DNA of 64,000 nt from Patellaria atrata CBS 101060 (taxonomy: Eukaryota): NCBI GenBank assembly GCA_010093705.1, contig MU006094.1, positions 905,550-969,549 on the forward strand. Reading direction: 5' to 3'. The translations under genes and the position numbers were made by a program. Under the pieces are notes generated by a model, which ran no database searches, was not told where the DNA came from, and saw nothing but the letters and a program-made list of their open reading frames with translations. Shown here in pieces: positions 37,805 to 50,365 of this stretch (within the stretch, counting starts at the first letter, position 1; the number at the start of each line of letters is the position of its first letter).

Positions 37805-40370
37805 ATGCGCTCAGTAAACCGGGTCCATAGCCTTATGGCCCTGTTATTACTATTTTGAATATTTATATTCCTCGGCGGTGCGACCCCAACCAGCATTATA
37901 ACTTTATCTACGGCTACACTCGAGCCTTTTATTACCTCGTCGCTTGCCTCTGGTCCTGTTACTGTTACTCGCATTGGATCCCCCGAACTTATGATACTTA
38001 CTGAGACGCTGATTTCGTATATCAACGTTACGAAGACCCCTGTTACCACATATTCGTTCTCATCGTCGTCGTCTTCATATAGCAACGTTACAGGGACCCT
38101 CGCTATAATCTTCGCAACTGAAACTGGACGTCCTGAAACGATGGTATTTATTCAGACGTTGAATTCATACATCAACGTAACGGAGACCCCTGTCGCCACG
38201 TATTCGTTCTCCTCGTCTTCGTCATCTTCATCTTCAGCTGCGCCTCCACTTCCGACTCCAGATAACCATAATGCAGCGGAACTCGCGAAGATTTTAGGAG
38301 GGACATTGGGATCCGTTGTGGAATCAATCGGTACGGTCGCCATAATAAACGAAGCGATCACCTTCCTCGAACGATTGGGGTTTCCCCCATTAGACTCTAT
38401 ATTGAACCCTGAATTTCAGTACGAATGGGCCCAAACTATCGACCTAGAGATGGAAAATCTAGTGAATCAAATAGCTGTCCAAGCCATGCGTACATTCTTC
38501 GGCTGGGCGGACGACGAACTCTATAGAAATTTTAGACCAGCCCAAAGCTTCAGAGAGTGGCGACAGGCACAAAACTATATATCACGATCGGAGTACATGG
38601 AAGAGTGGAGACAGTTCTTCAATGGAGCTAGCGACACACCTCCTAGTTCTAATTATCAAAATTCAGTGGACTCAAGCGTTGACGGTTCAGTAGACTCAAT
38701 CATTGACGGTTCGGCGGGCGCACCTATTGACAATCTGGTGGACGTCACCAGTGACACTTTTGTCGGGAACATGCAAAACTGGATCAATCGGGTTGTTTTA
38801 TCCAGCGTGATACAAGAGAACACATTAACTCAAGTAGACAATTCCATCAGGCCATTGATGTCTGATCTCCAAAGCATGTCAGAAAGGATCATTAATTGGC
38901 GTAATCCTATTATGGAGGAGACGGTTGTAAAAACTACCCTTTCCGAAAAGATCGCAGATTTGCTGAGGCAAGGGAAAAACCCTTTCGACAACAAGTATAA
39001 GAAGCTGTACGAGATTAAGAATTGGCAACACCCTCTTTACATCGCGGATGGCTTCGACACGAGCGCGATTCAAAGTTTGATTGATAAGTTCCATGGTCAA
39101 CAACCAGCAATGACTCCAGAAGAGATCACTCCCATGCCTGAACTACCACCAATCGACCTTAACCCGGTCCCAGATCCGACCATTGCTTTAACAAGACTTG
39201 TGCAGATGGCGTACCGGGAAACGTTTCAGACTTCCTGGAGCATTAGTAATATGGCGGATCGATTCGCGCAGAATGGCGACGATTTGGCGGTCCAGGATGC
39301 GTACCAGGTGGCCAAGCTGACCTCAGTTGCGGCCGAACATCTTCTTAACTTTTCTAACCGCCTCACCTATTTAATGAAAGATGGATTTACCGTGGAGGAG
39401 AAAAAAGACATGCTCATTGAGGCACACGAGAAGTTCTCAAACGATAGAATTGACATGGCGCAGAGGTTTGGGCTAAGTGCACAACCCGCTGTAGACAAAG
39501 ATTACCATAATCCAGATGATAATGTGAGAGCTTCCTATCTCCGCGCACCAGACTACCACCATCAGTCGACAGAAATGGATATGGCAACCTGTTCTGAGCT
39601 CATTGACAACGACTTTGACTCCCTCGTTGACCTTAGCTACACCTACGCCTTCTAATCTGGAAGGTCCTGGTGGTGACGAGAGAGTTTCCTTTACAGTCTC
39701 ACCAGACTCCCAACCGCAGTCTACTGCTAAGCAATCGGAACCCTCTGTGCTGAGTGTTACTACAGTCACCAGTGCGCCTTCTACCTCGACCTCCTTCTTG
39801 TCAAATTTGGCTTTACCTACGCGTTCATCTTCTTCTAAGATGGATAAAACTCCAAAGTTTTCCGTCACCAGTATCCCCTTAGCATCAGGCTCACGTACAG
39901 TGAAGTCGGCTTCCTCTTCACCGGGATCGACGACACAAAGCACGTTTAGCACCATCCTAAGGACGACTACCATCAAATCCAGTGTCGTAACTTCATCGGG
40001 CAAATCAAGACCCATAACTTCGTCTGGACCCGTAACTCCATCCAGATCCGCAACTTCATCTAGACCCGTAACTTCATCCAGACCCATAACTTCATCGGTT
40101 AAACCAAGACCGACGCATAAAGGAGGTGAGAGGGCACGGATCGATTGTGAACCAATGTAAGCACCCTTTCCCGCTCCTCTATAATAATCTTCGTACTAAC
40201 AGCATTTTAGTAACGGACAGGACAAGAACTGTAATTGCAAGTTTGTTGACAACACTATCGAATGGGTTGACAAGAAGACGAACGGAAAATGCCCACGGTA
40301 CTATGCTGAACATACTGGAGTTAGCGGTGGGTACACAATAAAAGAAGAGACAGACAAGGGCCGGGACTGA
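37805..40370 (+). pseudogene. Secreted-type Ser/Thr-rich protein gene with an in-frame TGA (37856-37858) and an apparent frameshift at about 39530-39600; Cys-containing last exon
   Basis: Signal-peptide-like MRSVNRVHSLMALLLLF*IFIFLGGATP in frame with ORF 37991; overlapping ORFs 37991-39655 and 39603-40160; intron at about 40157-40210, then NGQDKNCNCKF..KCPRYY..*. Confidence 0.55.
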
Positions 40371-40963
40371 AGCCGAGGCCTATTTTCGAAGAAGATGACT
40401 ATTTCTGTGGAAGAAGCATCATTTCAATCATAATGTTCTTAGCTACGACGGTCGGAGCCGAATGGCTATCATCCCGGTGATGATTTATGAAAAATTATAG
40501 AGGGCGTCTGTGGCCGCCGCCTTGGTGAGCTTATTCATACTCTTGGATGCCCGTTGGTTAGTTTAAATCGGGCTTCTGATATTTACGTTCAGTTTGGCGT
40601 TGATTTTATTCAGTTAACGTCTGATTCTTTCAACCACAGCACTATAATTCTGTGTATATAGTTATACTCGTAACGATATTTTCCGCATTTTAATTGCACA
40701 AGCTCTCTGATATACTTTTCAACTGGACCCTCTCCGGCCGTGCTCCCCAATTTTCATCTCAAATCCAGTCCCTCTCCGTTTGACTGTGCGTATCATGACT
40801 ACTTCACTCAGTATCAGTGAGCCACTTAGAGATATACGATGAGTCTTAGGAGTCCTTGACATCAGATAATGATTCTCTACTCTGAAAAGCTTGTTTGCCG
40901 ATAGACTTTTTGATGTAAAGATACTCGGTACAGTCGATTGGTTTCTCAGCCGGATTAGGGACC

Positions 40964-41119
40964 GTATAAAGGGGGAGACTGTATAGAAGGGGAGACTGTA
41001 TAGAAGGGGAGACTGTATAGAAGGGGAGACTGTATAGAAGGGGACAGTGTAATAGTGTATGGAATGGCGATACTGTGCTGGAAGGCGATGCTGCACTGGA
41101 AGACGATACTGTATTAGGA
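40964..41119. repeat. 17-bp minisatellite (GTATAGAAGGGGAGACT, about 5 copies) followed by about 3 degenerate 18-bp units
   Basis: Units start at 40964, 40981, 40998, 41015 and 41032; GGCGATACTGTGCTGGAA-like units at 41066-41119. Confidence 0.9.
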
Positions 41120-42199
41120 GGTGATCCTGCATTAAAAGGGCATGTTATACAGAAAGGGGAAAAAGAATGAAGTTCGCATAGGTAGGCATATAAGGAAGTC
41201 ACAGAGGGAAACCATATAGTTAGGGGTAACGGAGTGTAGAAAGCACTTCTAGTATCACTACTTATATTCTTCTCTCTGCGTATATTCGTATAATTCTTTA
41301 TTCTCTACTCCTCTAAATCATTTCGATAACTTCTTTACCGATACTTCAAAACTGTCTGTTATGTACAATATATTAGTATCGATTTTACTAAATACCCTCT
41401 TCGCCTTCTAACCTAATCAGCCGCCATTGCTGCATACTGCTACTTGTATTGTCTTCTCTGCGGATATCCGTACGGTTCTTCATTATCATTCCTCCAAACT
41501 GATCCTGAAAAATTTCTCCACCGATACCTCCTCGTCTTTATCCACAAGAACATCGGCATCTGGTACCGTACAGTTTCGTCACATCCAGTCCTGGGGTCAG
41601 CTACATCATCTTGCAAAGCATGCTCGCCCTTACACACAAGAACATCAGCATCCAGTACCACTTTGTCGAATTCCGCTATACGTAGGACTTAACCATGGAG
41701 ACCAGTAGCTTCATCGAGACCAGTAATTTCATCGGTTAAACCAAGTCCCGCAAGTTCATCGGTTCCCTCCTTGCTAGGACCAGCTACACCATCAAGACAA
41801 GTCTACTACGTAGATTCATATGTTTCTAGGTAGGTCCCAGTCACTTTGAACACCCTCGTTGATCTACTGCTAATGCTGTTGTAGCATCTTCAGACTTTTA
41901 TGGATAGGCACTGAAGGCTTGCTCTACTGCTCGTTGCGGCGAACACGCTACTCTCTCTGGTCACGCTTGCAGGCTAAATTGCATAAGCCTCACGGCCTTA
42001 TTGGTCCTGCCTTGCATTGTTCCAGTACTGAGCACCAACGATGATACCTCCTCGTCCTCTCCATCCTCAGTTCTCGTGGATCCCGATACCAGCATTGATA
42101 CCGCGTCTATAATGCCATTCCTCTCGTGGTTGCTATCTCAGCTGAGGCCAATGTTGAGTCTCTCATAATCTCGTAAGCTGTCAGTCCCTTTCTTTTCAT

Positions 42200-42870
42200 C
42201 TTGACTTACCTTGTGTACTTTACTAATATTCCTTAGCACTTAATCTAAAGATGCATCTATCAAACGGGATTCATCTTGGTGCGACCTTAACCAATACTAC
42301 TTCGTTGTTTGAGGCTCCCCTGGAGTCTCCAATAGCGTCATCGCCAACCTCCAGTCCCATCATCGTCACTATAACCGGCGCAGAACCTCCCGATGTTACC
42401 GTTTTTACTCGGATATTAACATCCTATGTTACTCAAGCTCCATTCAATTCTCTGTTAAATTTTCCTATAGCCTCATCGTTGGCTGCTTCTAGCCCTGCTA
42501 TTATCACTGTAATCAACACCAGACCTGCTGAGATTGAGGAGTTTCCTCGTACTTTGACATCATATGTCACTGCACCGTACTCCACCATTCTCTCAACCCA
42601 TTTCTCAACGTCGTCTTCCTATTCATCTTCTTAATTCATCTTCCTCTTCATCCTCGGCTCTAACTCCAATAGCAACTCCCGAAAACCACCATGGAGTGGA
42701 GCTGACAAAGATCTTAGGAGGAACGTGGGATCAGTCGTTGGGTCGATCGGAACGGTGACCATCTTAAGTCAAGCGATCCATAACCTCCATCGATTGGGGT
42801 TTCTCCCTTAGAGGGTATAGTGAATCCCCAATAGCTACTCCAGACAAGCACCATGCAGCTGGCCTTGTAC
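42200..42870 (+). pseudogene. Degenerate partial paralog of the 5' part of the 37.8-kb gene
   Basis: Shares the upstream CTTACCTT.TGTAC.TTACT.A intron-like end, GATxT, TLTSYVT and HHGVELTKILGGT vs HNAAELAKILGGT; contains a stop and frameshifts. Confidence 0.7.
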
Positions 42871-43052
42871 AGATCGCACTATTTGCTCGCATGACGGCGA
42901 CCCCGACGATTTCTGAAGGCATGTCAAGATTATGGAAAGGTCTATTCGCTATTGGTGGTATTCTGGTGGTGTTCTGGTGGATGTGCGGTGAGCAGTGCGA
43001 GGTGACAATTGGAGCGATGATGTATGATATCAATAAGACAAAATACTCTAAA

Positions 43053-44711
43053 CTACCCCAGAGCTCGCTCCTCGCTTCCGAGCACTCTTGAATCCACGTC
43101 GCCTCCATATGCACCTCCGTCAAGAATCCACTGCTCATTGTCATCATCATTCTGAACCCTGCGCCACGTACTCTTCTTTTCTCTTTCTGGACTTCCCTTT
43201 TCCTTTCCTCTCGATTCTCTTGCAACCGGTTTCACCAACCCGCCAAGTAACGGATTGCGACTAAACGTTCCTCCAGGAATAGCACTTTCGCTTCCTTGGT
43301 GATGGCTTTCTTCTTCTGTGTCTGCTTCAAGTTCATCCTCTGGGCTCCTTGGTCTCTCCAACGCAGCCATCTTTCGGACTACTTTCCCTCCCTTCAAGTC
43401 TATACTAGCAACCACTCTCCTCTTCTCATACTCCGGTCTAGAGTTCCACTCCTGCTCTCTAAGGACTTTTTGTTGTCTCTTAAGCTGCAATGCCCGCTCT
43501 GCTGGACTTGCCCACATGCTTTGCCCCGCAACAGGAGTTTCAAAGTCAGCGGCCTCATCATATATGCGCGTGCGCCGTGCATTCTGAGATTGGAAGGCGA
43601 GAAGTTTATCTCTGTGTGCTTGAGCAAGCGCTAACTTGTCACCACCTTTCGCATTCCGGTTTGGTCCCTCGGAGTCGGATGCTGACGCGGACGTGGTTGC
43701 CGGAGTCAATGCTCCTGGTGTAGAGAGATTTGAAAACGGTCGAGGCTTTTGGGATACCTCAGCGCGCCGCTGAGAAGCGTTGTTCGCCTCCATCTTTTCC
43801 TTACCGCGTTCTTCACGAAGAACCCGGACCATAGATTGTATCTCAGTAGACGATAAAATCGGAGTGTTGCAAAAGGTACAAGGACCTAGGCCCTCCTTTA
43901 CGCAAATGATCTTACCGCATGAAAGACAATTGGGTGCAGCAGCAAGTAACGGGTGGCGTGTCGCCATGCAATTACAACGCCGTTTGGCAATGTCTGAAGG
44001 GCCAGTAGCGGAAAGAGACGGATTTGTCTGGATCTCTAAAGCACGGATCGCGGAGTCAAGATCGTTAATGATACTTGAGGCACCTTGCATCGAGGTACCA
44101 CCAGAAATGTTTACTTTCGTCTTAGACGCAGACTGTTTCGGGCCGGGAGAGGATGTTCTAGATGAGAGATTGTCTGATATGAGAGTGCCAGCAGCTGATG
44201 GTGGAGGCTTGGAGGACGGATTCCTTGAGGATGTGGCTGGGGCTGGGACGGGAAGCTGTTGGGCATCTGACTGGGATTCCAGAGCCAATGTATGAGATAA
44301 AGAAGCTTGTTTTTTCGTTTTGGATGCACTGGCAATGTAATCTTCGCTATCCTTTTTCATGTACCCACCTGTAATGTTTCCGTAATCATCGGGCCTTCGT
44401 GGGTTGGGAAGTCTGTTGGTTTTTGACGCCGACTTATTCTTTGGTTTTGGTTTTGGCACTTCTGATAATTCATTACTGCTTTGTTTTTGAGCATGGCTAC
44501 TTTGAGACGCACTCGGAGATATACCTCGACGAGAATTGAAAGATGTGATGAATTCTAGTGCTGGTGGCGAATCTCCTAGAAGGTTTTTCAGATGCTCAGC
44601 AGCCGCAGACTTCGAAAGAGTGTCAGTATAGGTAATAATTTGAGTTAATGACTCCTCGTCTATGGGTAAGAGACGGGAAAGCTGTGGAAGAGCCCACGTC
44701 GTGAGCGACAT
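43053..44711 (-). CDS. RQT4: C2HC5 zinc-finger protein, RQT4/TRIP4 (ASC-1) homolog
   Basis: CNCMATRHPLLAAAPNCLSCGKIICVKEGLGPCTFC; RDKLLAFQ..RTRIYDEAADF. Confidence 0.88.
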   Translation of the reverse strand: MSLTTWALPQLSRLLPIDEESLTQIITYTDTLSKSAAAEHLKNLLGDSPPALEFITSFNSRRGISPSASQSSHAQKQSSNELSEVPKPKPKNKSASKTNRLPNPRRPDDYGNITGGYMKKDSEDYIASASKTKKQASLSHTLALESQSDAQQLPVPAPATSSRNPSSKPPPSAAGTLISDNLSSRTSSPGPKQSASKTKVNISGGTSMQGASSIINDLDSAIRALEIQTNPSLSATGPSDIAKRRCNCMATRHPLLAAAPNCLSCGKIICVKEGLGPCTFCNTPILSSTEIQSMVRVLREERGKEKMEANNASQRRAEVSQKPRPFSNLSTPGALTPATTSASASDSEGPNRNAKGGDKLALAQAHRDKLLAFQSQNARRTRIYDEAADFETPVAGQSMWASPAERALQLKRQQKVLREQEWNSRPEYEKRRVVASIDLKGGKVVRKMAALERPRSPEDELEADTEEESHHQGSESAIPGGTFSRNPLLGGLVKPVARESRGKEKGSPEREKKSTWRRVQNDDDNEQWILDGGAYGGDVDSRVLGSEERALG

Positions 44712-45055
44712 GGCTCTTTTTCTCGAACACGTTTTGAGATTACCAAAACTATAAGAAGCCTCCTCTTTGTAGAAGCAATTCTAGAGAACCGTAATACAGT
44801 ACCAATTGTTTTTATCAACCTGGAACCCAAAAAGCATATATCTCATAGAGTCATAGTTGAAAAGAAAGTTGTCCGACGTCAAGAATAAGTTCAATATCCA
44901 GTCTTGGCGCGTCATCCTAGTTCTGCCACCGCCTGGCATCGGAGAACCTATTAACCGAGCGGCCACACTGAATTGCCAAAAATACTAACGCCGACGTCTG
45001 ACCACAACATTGAACACCAACCCCAAAGTATAGGTATCGCATTACACTCGTCAAC

Positions 45056-45806
45056 ATGCGTACCTACGACGATTCCTTCAGTGGTCAAAAGATCTACCCT
45101 GGAAAGGTGTGTTTGGCCCTCAAACCTCAAAACCGCAGGCCCCGTGTGCGACACTGCAAGATCATACCAAGGCTTGGAACTTTTAATGGAATGCGAACAT
45201 TACTAACTGAGATCTTGTGAGAACAGGGCAAACTTTACGTCCGTGGTGACAGCAAAATCTTCCGATTCCAAAATGGCAAGACCGAGAGCTTGTTCCTCCA
45301 GCGGAAGAACCCCCGCCGAATTGCATGGACTGTTCTATACCGAAGGCAGCATAAGAAGGGTATTTCTGAGGTTAGTCAACCACTACAACGTGGCTGGAAT
45401 TGGTCTTTTTGTGCGCTAGGCAAAGAGCTGAAAATTATCATGCACATTTTTATTGTTCAAAGGAGGATATGGACCATATCGACGGTGATTTTCCACTAAC
45501 ACTCTATATACTCGGTAGGAAGTTGCTAAGAAACGCACACGTCGTACCGTTAAACACCAACGCGCTATTGTTGGTGCCTCCCTAGACGTTATCAAAGAGC
45601 GCCGTTCACAACGACCCGAAGCCCGTGCGGCCGCCCGTCAAGCCGCCGTCGAAGCTGGAAAGAAGCAGAAGGCTGCCTCTGAGAGCAAGAAGAAAATGGA
45701 GAAGGCAAAGGGTGCTGCCGGTGCCGCGAGAGGTCAAACGCAACGTATCCAGAGCAAGCAGGGCGCAAAGGGGGCACCAGCCAAAGTACAGGCGAAGACT
45801 CGTTAA
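45056..45806 (+). CDS. RPL24: 60S ribosomal protein L24 (eL24); introns 45107-45226 and 45371-45518
   Basis: [63 protein letters not shown]. Confidence 0.96.
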
Positions 45807-47251
45807 AGGGAGTAGAGGGTTTGTATTAATCAAATAGGGCACTGGTCTGCAGGTTTTCACAATTATGAAAGACAAGTTCCTAATAGGGTTCTTTATCGAT
45901 CGGGTTTTAGGGAATGCAAAACTGGTCCTGAGCTCTGTGCCGCTGAATATTCTGTGTGGAGGGGATCTAACGTCCTCTGTCAAATATTCCTTCTTATGGG
46001 TCAAATGTTTCCGCTTGAGTCAAGCCGATTCCAGCCATCTTTCTCATATTGCGTTAAGTCTTCGTGGAGATCTTGGAATCCTTCCATTACAATGCTCTTT
46101 TTCTCGGAGTTTTGGATACCAACTCGTGACTGCCGATCTTATATCTCCCCACCACTATGTATATGGTCCAACCTTTTATGCGCCATTCAACTCCAATCCT
46201 AACCTTTTGGGATCATGTTAGCATACCAATACCACCTGTGCGATCGGTGCCATACCCGTTCTCGGTGGATACTCACAATGGAGGCTATTCCAGAGTGGAG
46301 GTGGAGAGAGAGAATTTGATGTTATGATGAGGACTAGGTTGTGAGGAACGAGAGTAAAATCTAAAAAAGGATGTGCGAGATGTCGGCTTTTGGGAATTCC
46401 AGTAAATGTGAAATGTGTTCTTCGAAACATGGCTCTTTGTTGATTGTCCGAATGCACGGCATCATACTCTTTGATGGAGAGTTGACAGATTTAATATCCC
46501 GCCGACAACGCCTTTAGCGCTACGAACCAACGCGATCTGATAAGGTATTCACTCGAATAGATGAGAGTAAAAGTGCCATCTTCGATGACTTTCATTGTAT
46601 AGTGTCGAGATCAAGCTCACATATTTGATAGTGAAGGAAAATAAACTCAAACCTCAGGGAGCACATATCGCCAGTCTAAAATCCATAGTTCTTTTAAGTC
46701 TCCTCGCATTCAATATGGAGCGTGATGGACAGCAAAGTTAATTTTATGCAAAAGAAGCACTGTAAAGATTGCTAAATTTTCTTTCGGTGGGCGACCTACC
46801 TTTCCAATTCTGCGGCCCAAGTACGGAATCATGGGTGATTCCCTGCGTAGCTACTTGTTAATTTCAATTCTAGGAATACGTACATAACACCGACTTATCA
46901 GGAACACAGGAATTCGCGGTCACAACAATCCGAGAAGACCTGATGGGCACTGAACTCACAACCGGAGGAAGAACACCCCACACTTCGAGTCACCAACCCT
47001 CCAGCTCCTTAGGTTTTCTGCAGAAAAACCTGCAGATCAAACACCGTCTCAGAGTAATCCTCTGAGGTCATGACTCGACGGAGTGGACTAGGTTGAGATG
47101 GAACTGGACGTCGACCTGGCATACGTTGGTGTGATTTCCGACGGCGGTGCATGGAGTGATCTTTTGGAAGAGGAGAATTCTGTAACTCCAATAGCTCTCA
47201 CGTTAATTCAAACCTCAAGTCCATACATAGACGCATACATTCCTACTATCC

Positions 47252-48165
47252 CTATCCATCCCGTACGAAGCACACGGTTCCATCCGATCTCACTCCATCC
47301 TGCCCTTCCCCTTCCCTATACCTCTCGAAACCTACCTTTTCATAAAACTTAAATGCCCCTTCGTTCTTCCCATTAACGACAACATGCACTCCTTTCTCAA
47401 CAGCGTTACAAAAGTGCTCAATCATCTTCCTCCCCCACCCTTGCCGCTGATGCGAGGGCAAGATATCAATATGCAAATGCGCGGGCCATGTCTCTAGGAT
47501 CCTCGGATGCTTCTCATGTAACATCAGTTCCGGAGTCTGGAGCACTTTGTGCAGCTCGATGATTAGTCCGGGGTCCTTGTAATCCTTTTCCGCCTCGTGG
47601 GGCGGGCTGTTGACGGGGCTGCCAACAGAAGCTATTTTCAGGGAGGGCAGATAATTTCCTTTGACGTTCCGGACGTATTCGGAAGTATGCTGGACCCCGA
47701 TGACGTAGCCGACTGGGCGTCCATCACCGTCGTCAAGCACGAAGCAGTGAGGAGAGAGGGTTAGGTAGGGGCGACACCAGATGTGGGCGCCGACATCTAG
47801 GGCGGTGAGAGAGGCGCGAATCTGAGGAGAGGCAGTGAGCCGAAACTAGCTGGGATTAGAGGTGGTAGACGGGTGAAAGGGCTGGGTTTGAGATGGACAA
47901 GAAACACGTGAAAGAATGGAATGGCAGAATAGAAGCGATGATTGTCATCTCATGGGGACGAATGAAGATAACGAGCTGATTACAATAACACAAGATAAGG
48001 AAGTCTCTAGAACGAAGAAGAGTATCGAACAATAGGGAGGGATTTTCGACTGTCTGTTTTATAGACCGGGAAGATCTATCAACGTACGATAGTAATTACA
48101 GCATCCCGGTCTGTATCAGGATTGTAGGATCGAATGTGTGAGTGAACGGCATTATCTTCAGGCAT
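47252..48165 (-). CDS. GNAT family acetyltransferase; intron 48087-47846
   Basis: HIRSYNP..AVITI|FRLTA..IWCRPYL; PAHLHIDILPSHQRQGWG, N..A.KFYEKVGF. Confidence 0.82.
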
Positions 48166-48517
48166 CTTTGGACAAACCGCTTCCGCAATCCGTTGACTTA
48201 TAAGGGAGAGGCTAAGTCATGATATTTAACAGACATACGAGCACAAATCTTTCAGCCATTTTATATAGGTAGGTAACGCTTGGCCATGCTACTCGACATC
48301 CTTATAGGCGTAAAAGCGGGGTAGGCGGTCCGAAATGCATGGACATACCTAGAGTGATACCTCCTAAGACCGATCTTTCTTGCTGGTATATTCGGATGAT
48401 CCTGCTTTCGGGTAAATCATGGAGTTAGTATACCAGTACTGGGTACTTATTGATGGATGAAAAAGGCTACATGAAGATGCCGCGTCAATTAGTCGATTAT
48501 ATTGTACTTATACAGAC

Positions 48518-50365
48518 TCAGTCCGGATCCATTTCGTTCATTGTACGCCCCTCGTTTCCATCTCTCCATCTCTTCTTCCACCACTTCAAGCGAAACCAAT
48601 CTGCACTCCTCCCCTGTTCTCCCTTGGCTCTAGAGCCGCTTCTAAGTCGTCTACCCACTGCTTCAGGGGGTAAGTCGGGTGTGCTGCTCGCATCGGTTTC
48701 TTCACCATCTTCTGTTTGTTGCACTCTGGCGAGACTGGCTCTGTTTCGAGGTTCCCACCACCAGTGCTTTTGCGACTCATCGTTACTATCCCTTCGAGCT
48801 CCAGCAAGGAAGTTGCCGGTGTTAGCTCGACGTAGATCGACCGGTGTATTTCTTCTTTGCTTCCCATCTTTTACGGTAGGAGACCTGAGCAGTTTACTGG
48901 ATCTGGGGGACCTTAATGGAGATGGGAGGGAGGTTCGGCGATCGTTCAGCTCATCCCAGATCTCGTTCGTCTCCTCCGAAATAGTCATGCGACGGCCACG
49001 AGGTTTGATCTGGCTTCGTTTCTTAGATGTAGGCGCAAAGTTAGGAAGAGTTGCTTGTCTCGATAATAACGGTGTACGTTCGCCAGCCTGTCCTGATTCC
49101 TCGTCTGTCGGTCGTTCGAGACGGTTATGTACGACTTCGTTGACGTCGAAATCATCTTCATTATCTCCCGCAGGATCGAGTATGCCCATTCCTGGGGTGA
49201 GTGCCGTTTGAGCTGTTGGCACACGCTTCTTGGTTTTCGGTTGATCATGAGAACCTTCCTCGGCGTCTTCGAGACGCCAACTTAGGGCCAGCACACCTGA
49301 GAGCAAGATGACAGTTCCTAGTGCAATAAGTCCACCGTGCAGGGCCGAAAGGCGGGATGTTTGATGAAAATATATCAATCCGTCAAGGATTGCGACGATG
49401 TTATAAACGCAAAAAACATATGGGTATAATACGCTAGTAGAGCAAAGCTTAAGACCGCAATGAAGATAATAAAGTTGAGAAAGAGCAAGTACTATGAGCC
49501 CGAGAAGGATCATCCAAGACTGCCAGCGATTGAACTGGTTATGGCTGTCGACAATCGTTCGTACGATCAACTCTACTGCGGATTTGGCCACAAGGAGAGA
49601 GTGCGCAGACAAAATCCCGCTCATGCTGCCGAATAACATTCCGAGAGCAAGTCGTGTTCGTGGTGACGGGCGGGGATAGAAGTGTTTCGTGACCCAAGTG
49701 GTCACCATCAGCGTCAGAACGATTAGGAATGTGCCCATCAACCACAACAAGAACTGTGTACGTCCGAGGAGTTCCAGTAATTGATCCAAATTATGGGAAG
49801 GTTCTGTCATAGCTCCAAAAATGCCGATAAGGACTGCACCAATCGCTACAAGTATCGTCCCAACGAGAGAATATCGGGTGAACGGCTCGCTAAGAATAAT
49901 ACTGGCACATATGGAGTTGAACACCAGGCCAGACTGTACAGATTAGTCCACTCATGTCAAAAGCCTAAAGTGTTCCAATAGTCATACCGCTTGTAGAGTT
50001 GAGAGAACGGGGAGTGGCAAAGTCGTGATCTGGATTGTGCTTCCCACTATGTTCGCAACAACGAACATAAGCATTCCCAGCTAAACTCAATCAGACAAAT
50101 GAAGTATGCCTCCCAGTAGCTTCGTATGTGCTCACCTGCCATCTTCGCCTTCGGTATGGTGCTCTTCGGGGTTCGTCCTCGTGTTTCCTGTCCTCTATAA
50201 GATGTGATTTGCGTTGCAAGGTCAGTCCGATGCTCTGGATGCTCGTAGATAGTAATCCAACGATGACCCCAATCTATAGGGTCTTAGCAGGATTACTCGG
50301 GCTATTGGGAAGTTTGTTCTTCTTAGACTTACAGCAACGCTGGCTCCGGCGGAAAGCTCCACCAT
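48518..50365 (-). CDS. NIPA/DUF803 family membrane protein (putative Mg2+ transporter); several short 5' introns
   Basis: Exons encode STSIQSIGLTLQRKSH, RRRWQ|LGMLMFVVANIVGS..LPLPVLSTLQA, LVFNSICASIILSEPF; multiple TM helices. Confidence 0.85.

Noticed and set aside
40964..41050. Regular direct repeats as a possible CRISPR array
   Set aside because: Head-to-tail 17-bp units with no spacers, no cas genes and a eukaryotic context; this is a minisatellite
45371..45518. RPL24 intron 2 hairpin GATATG-GAC-CATATC as a snoRNA or autoregulatory element
   Set aside because: Only a 6-bp stem and no box motifs; compatible with chance
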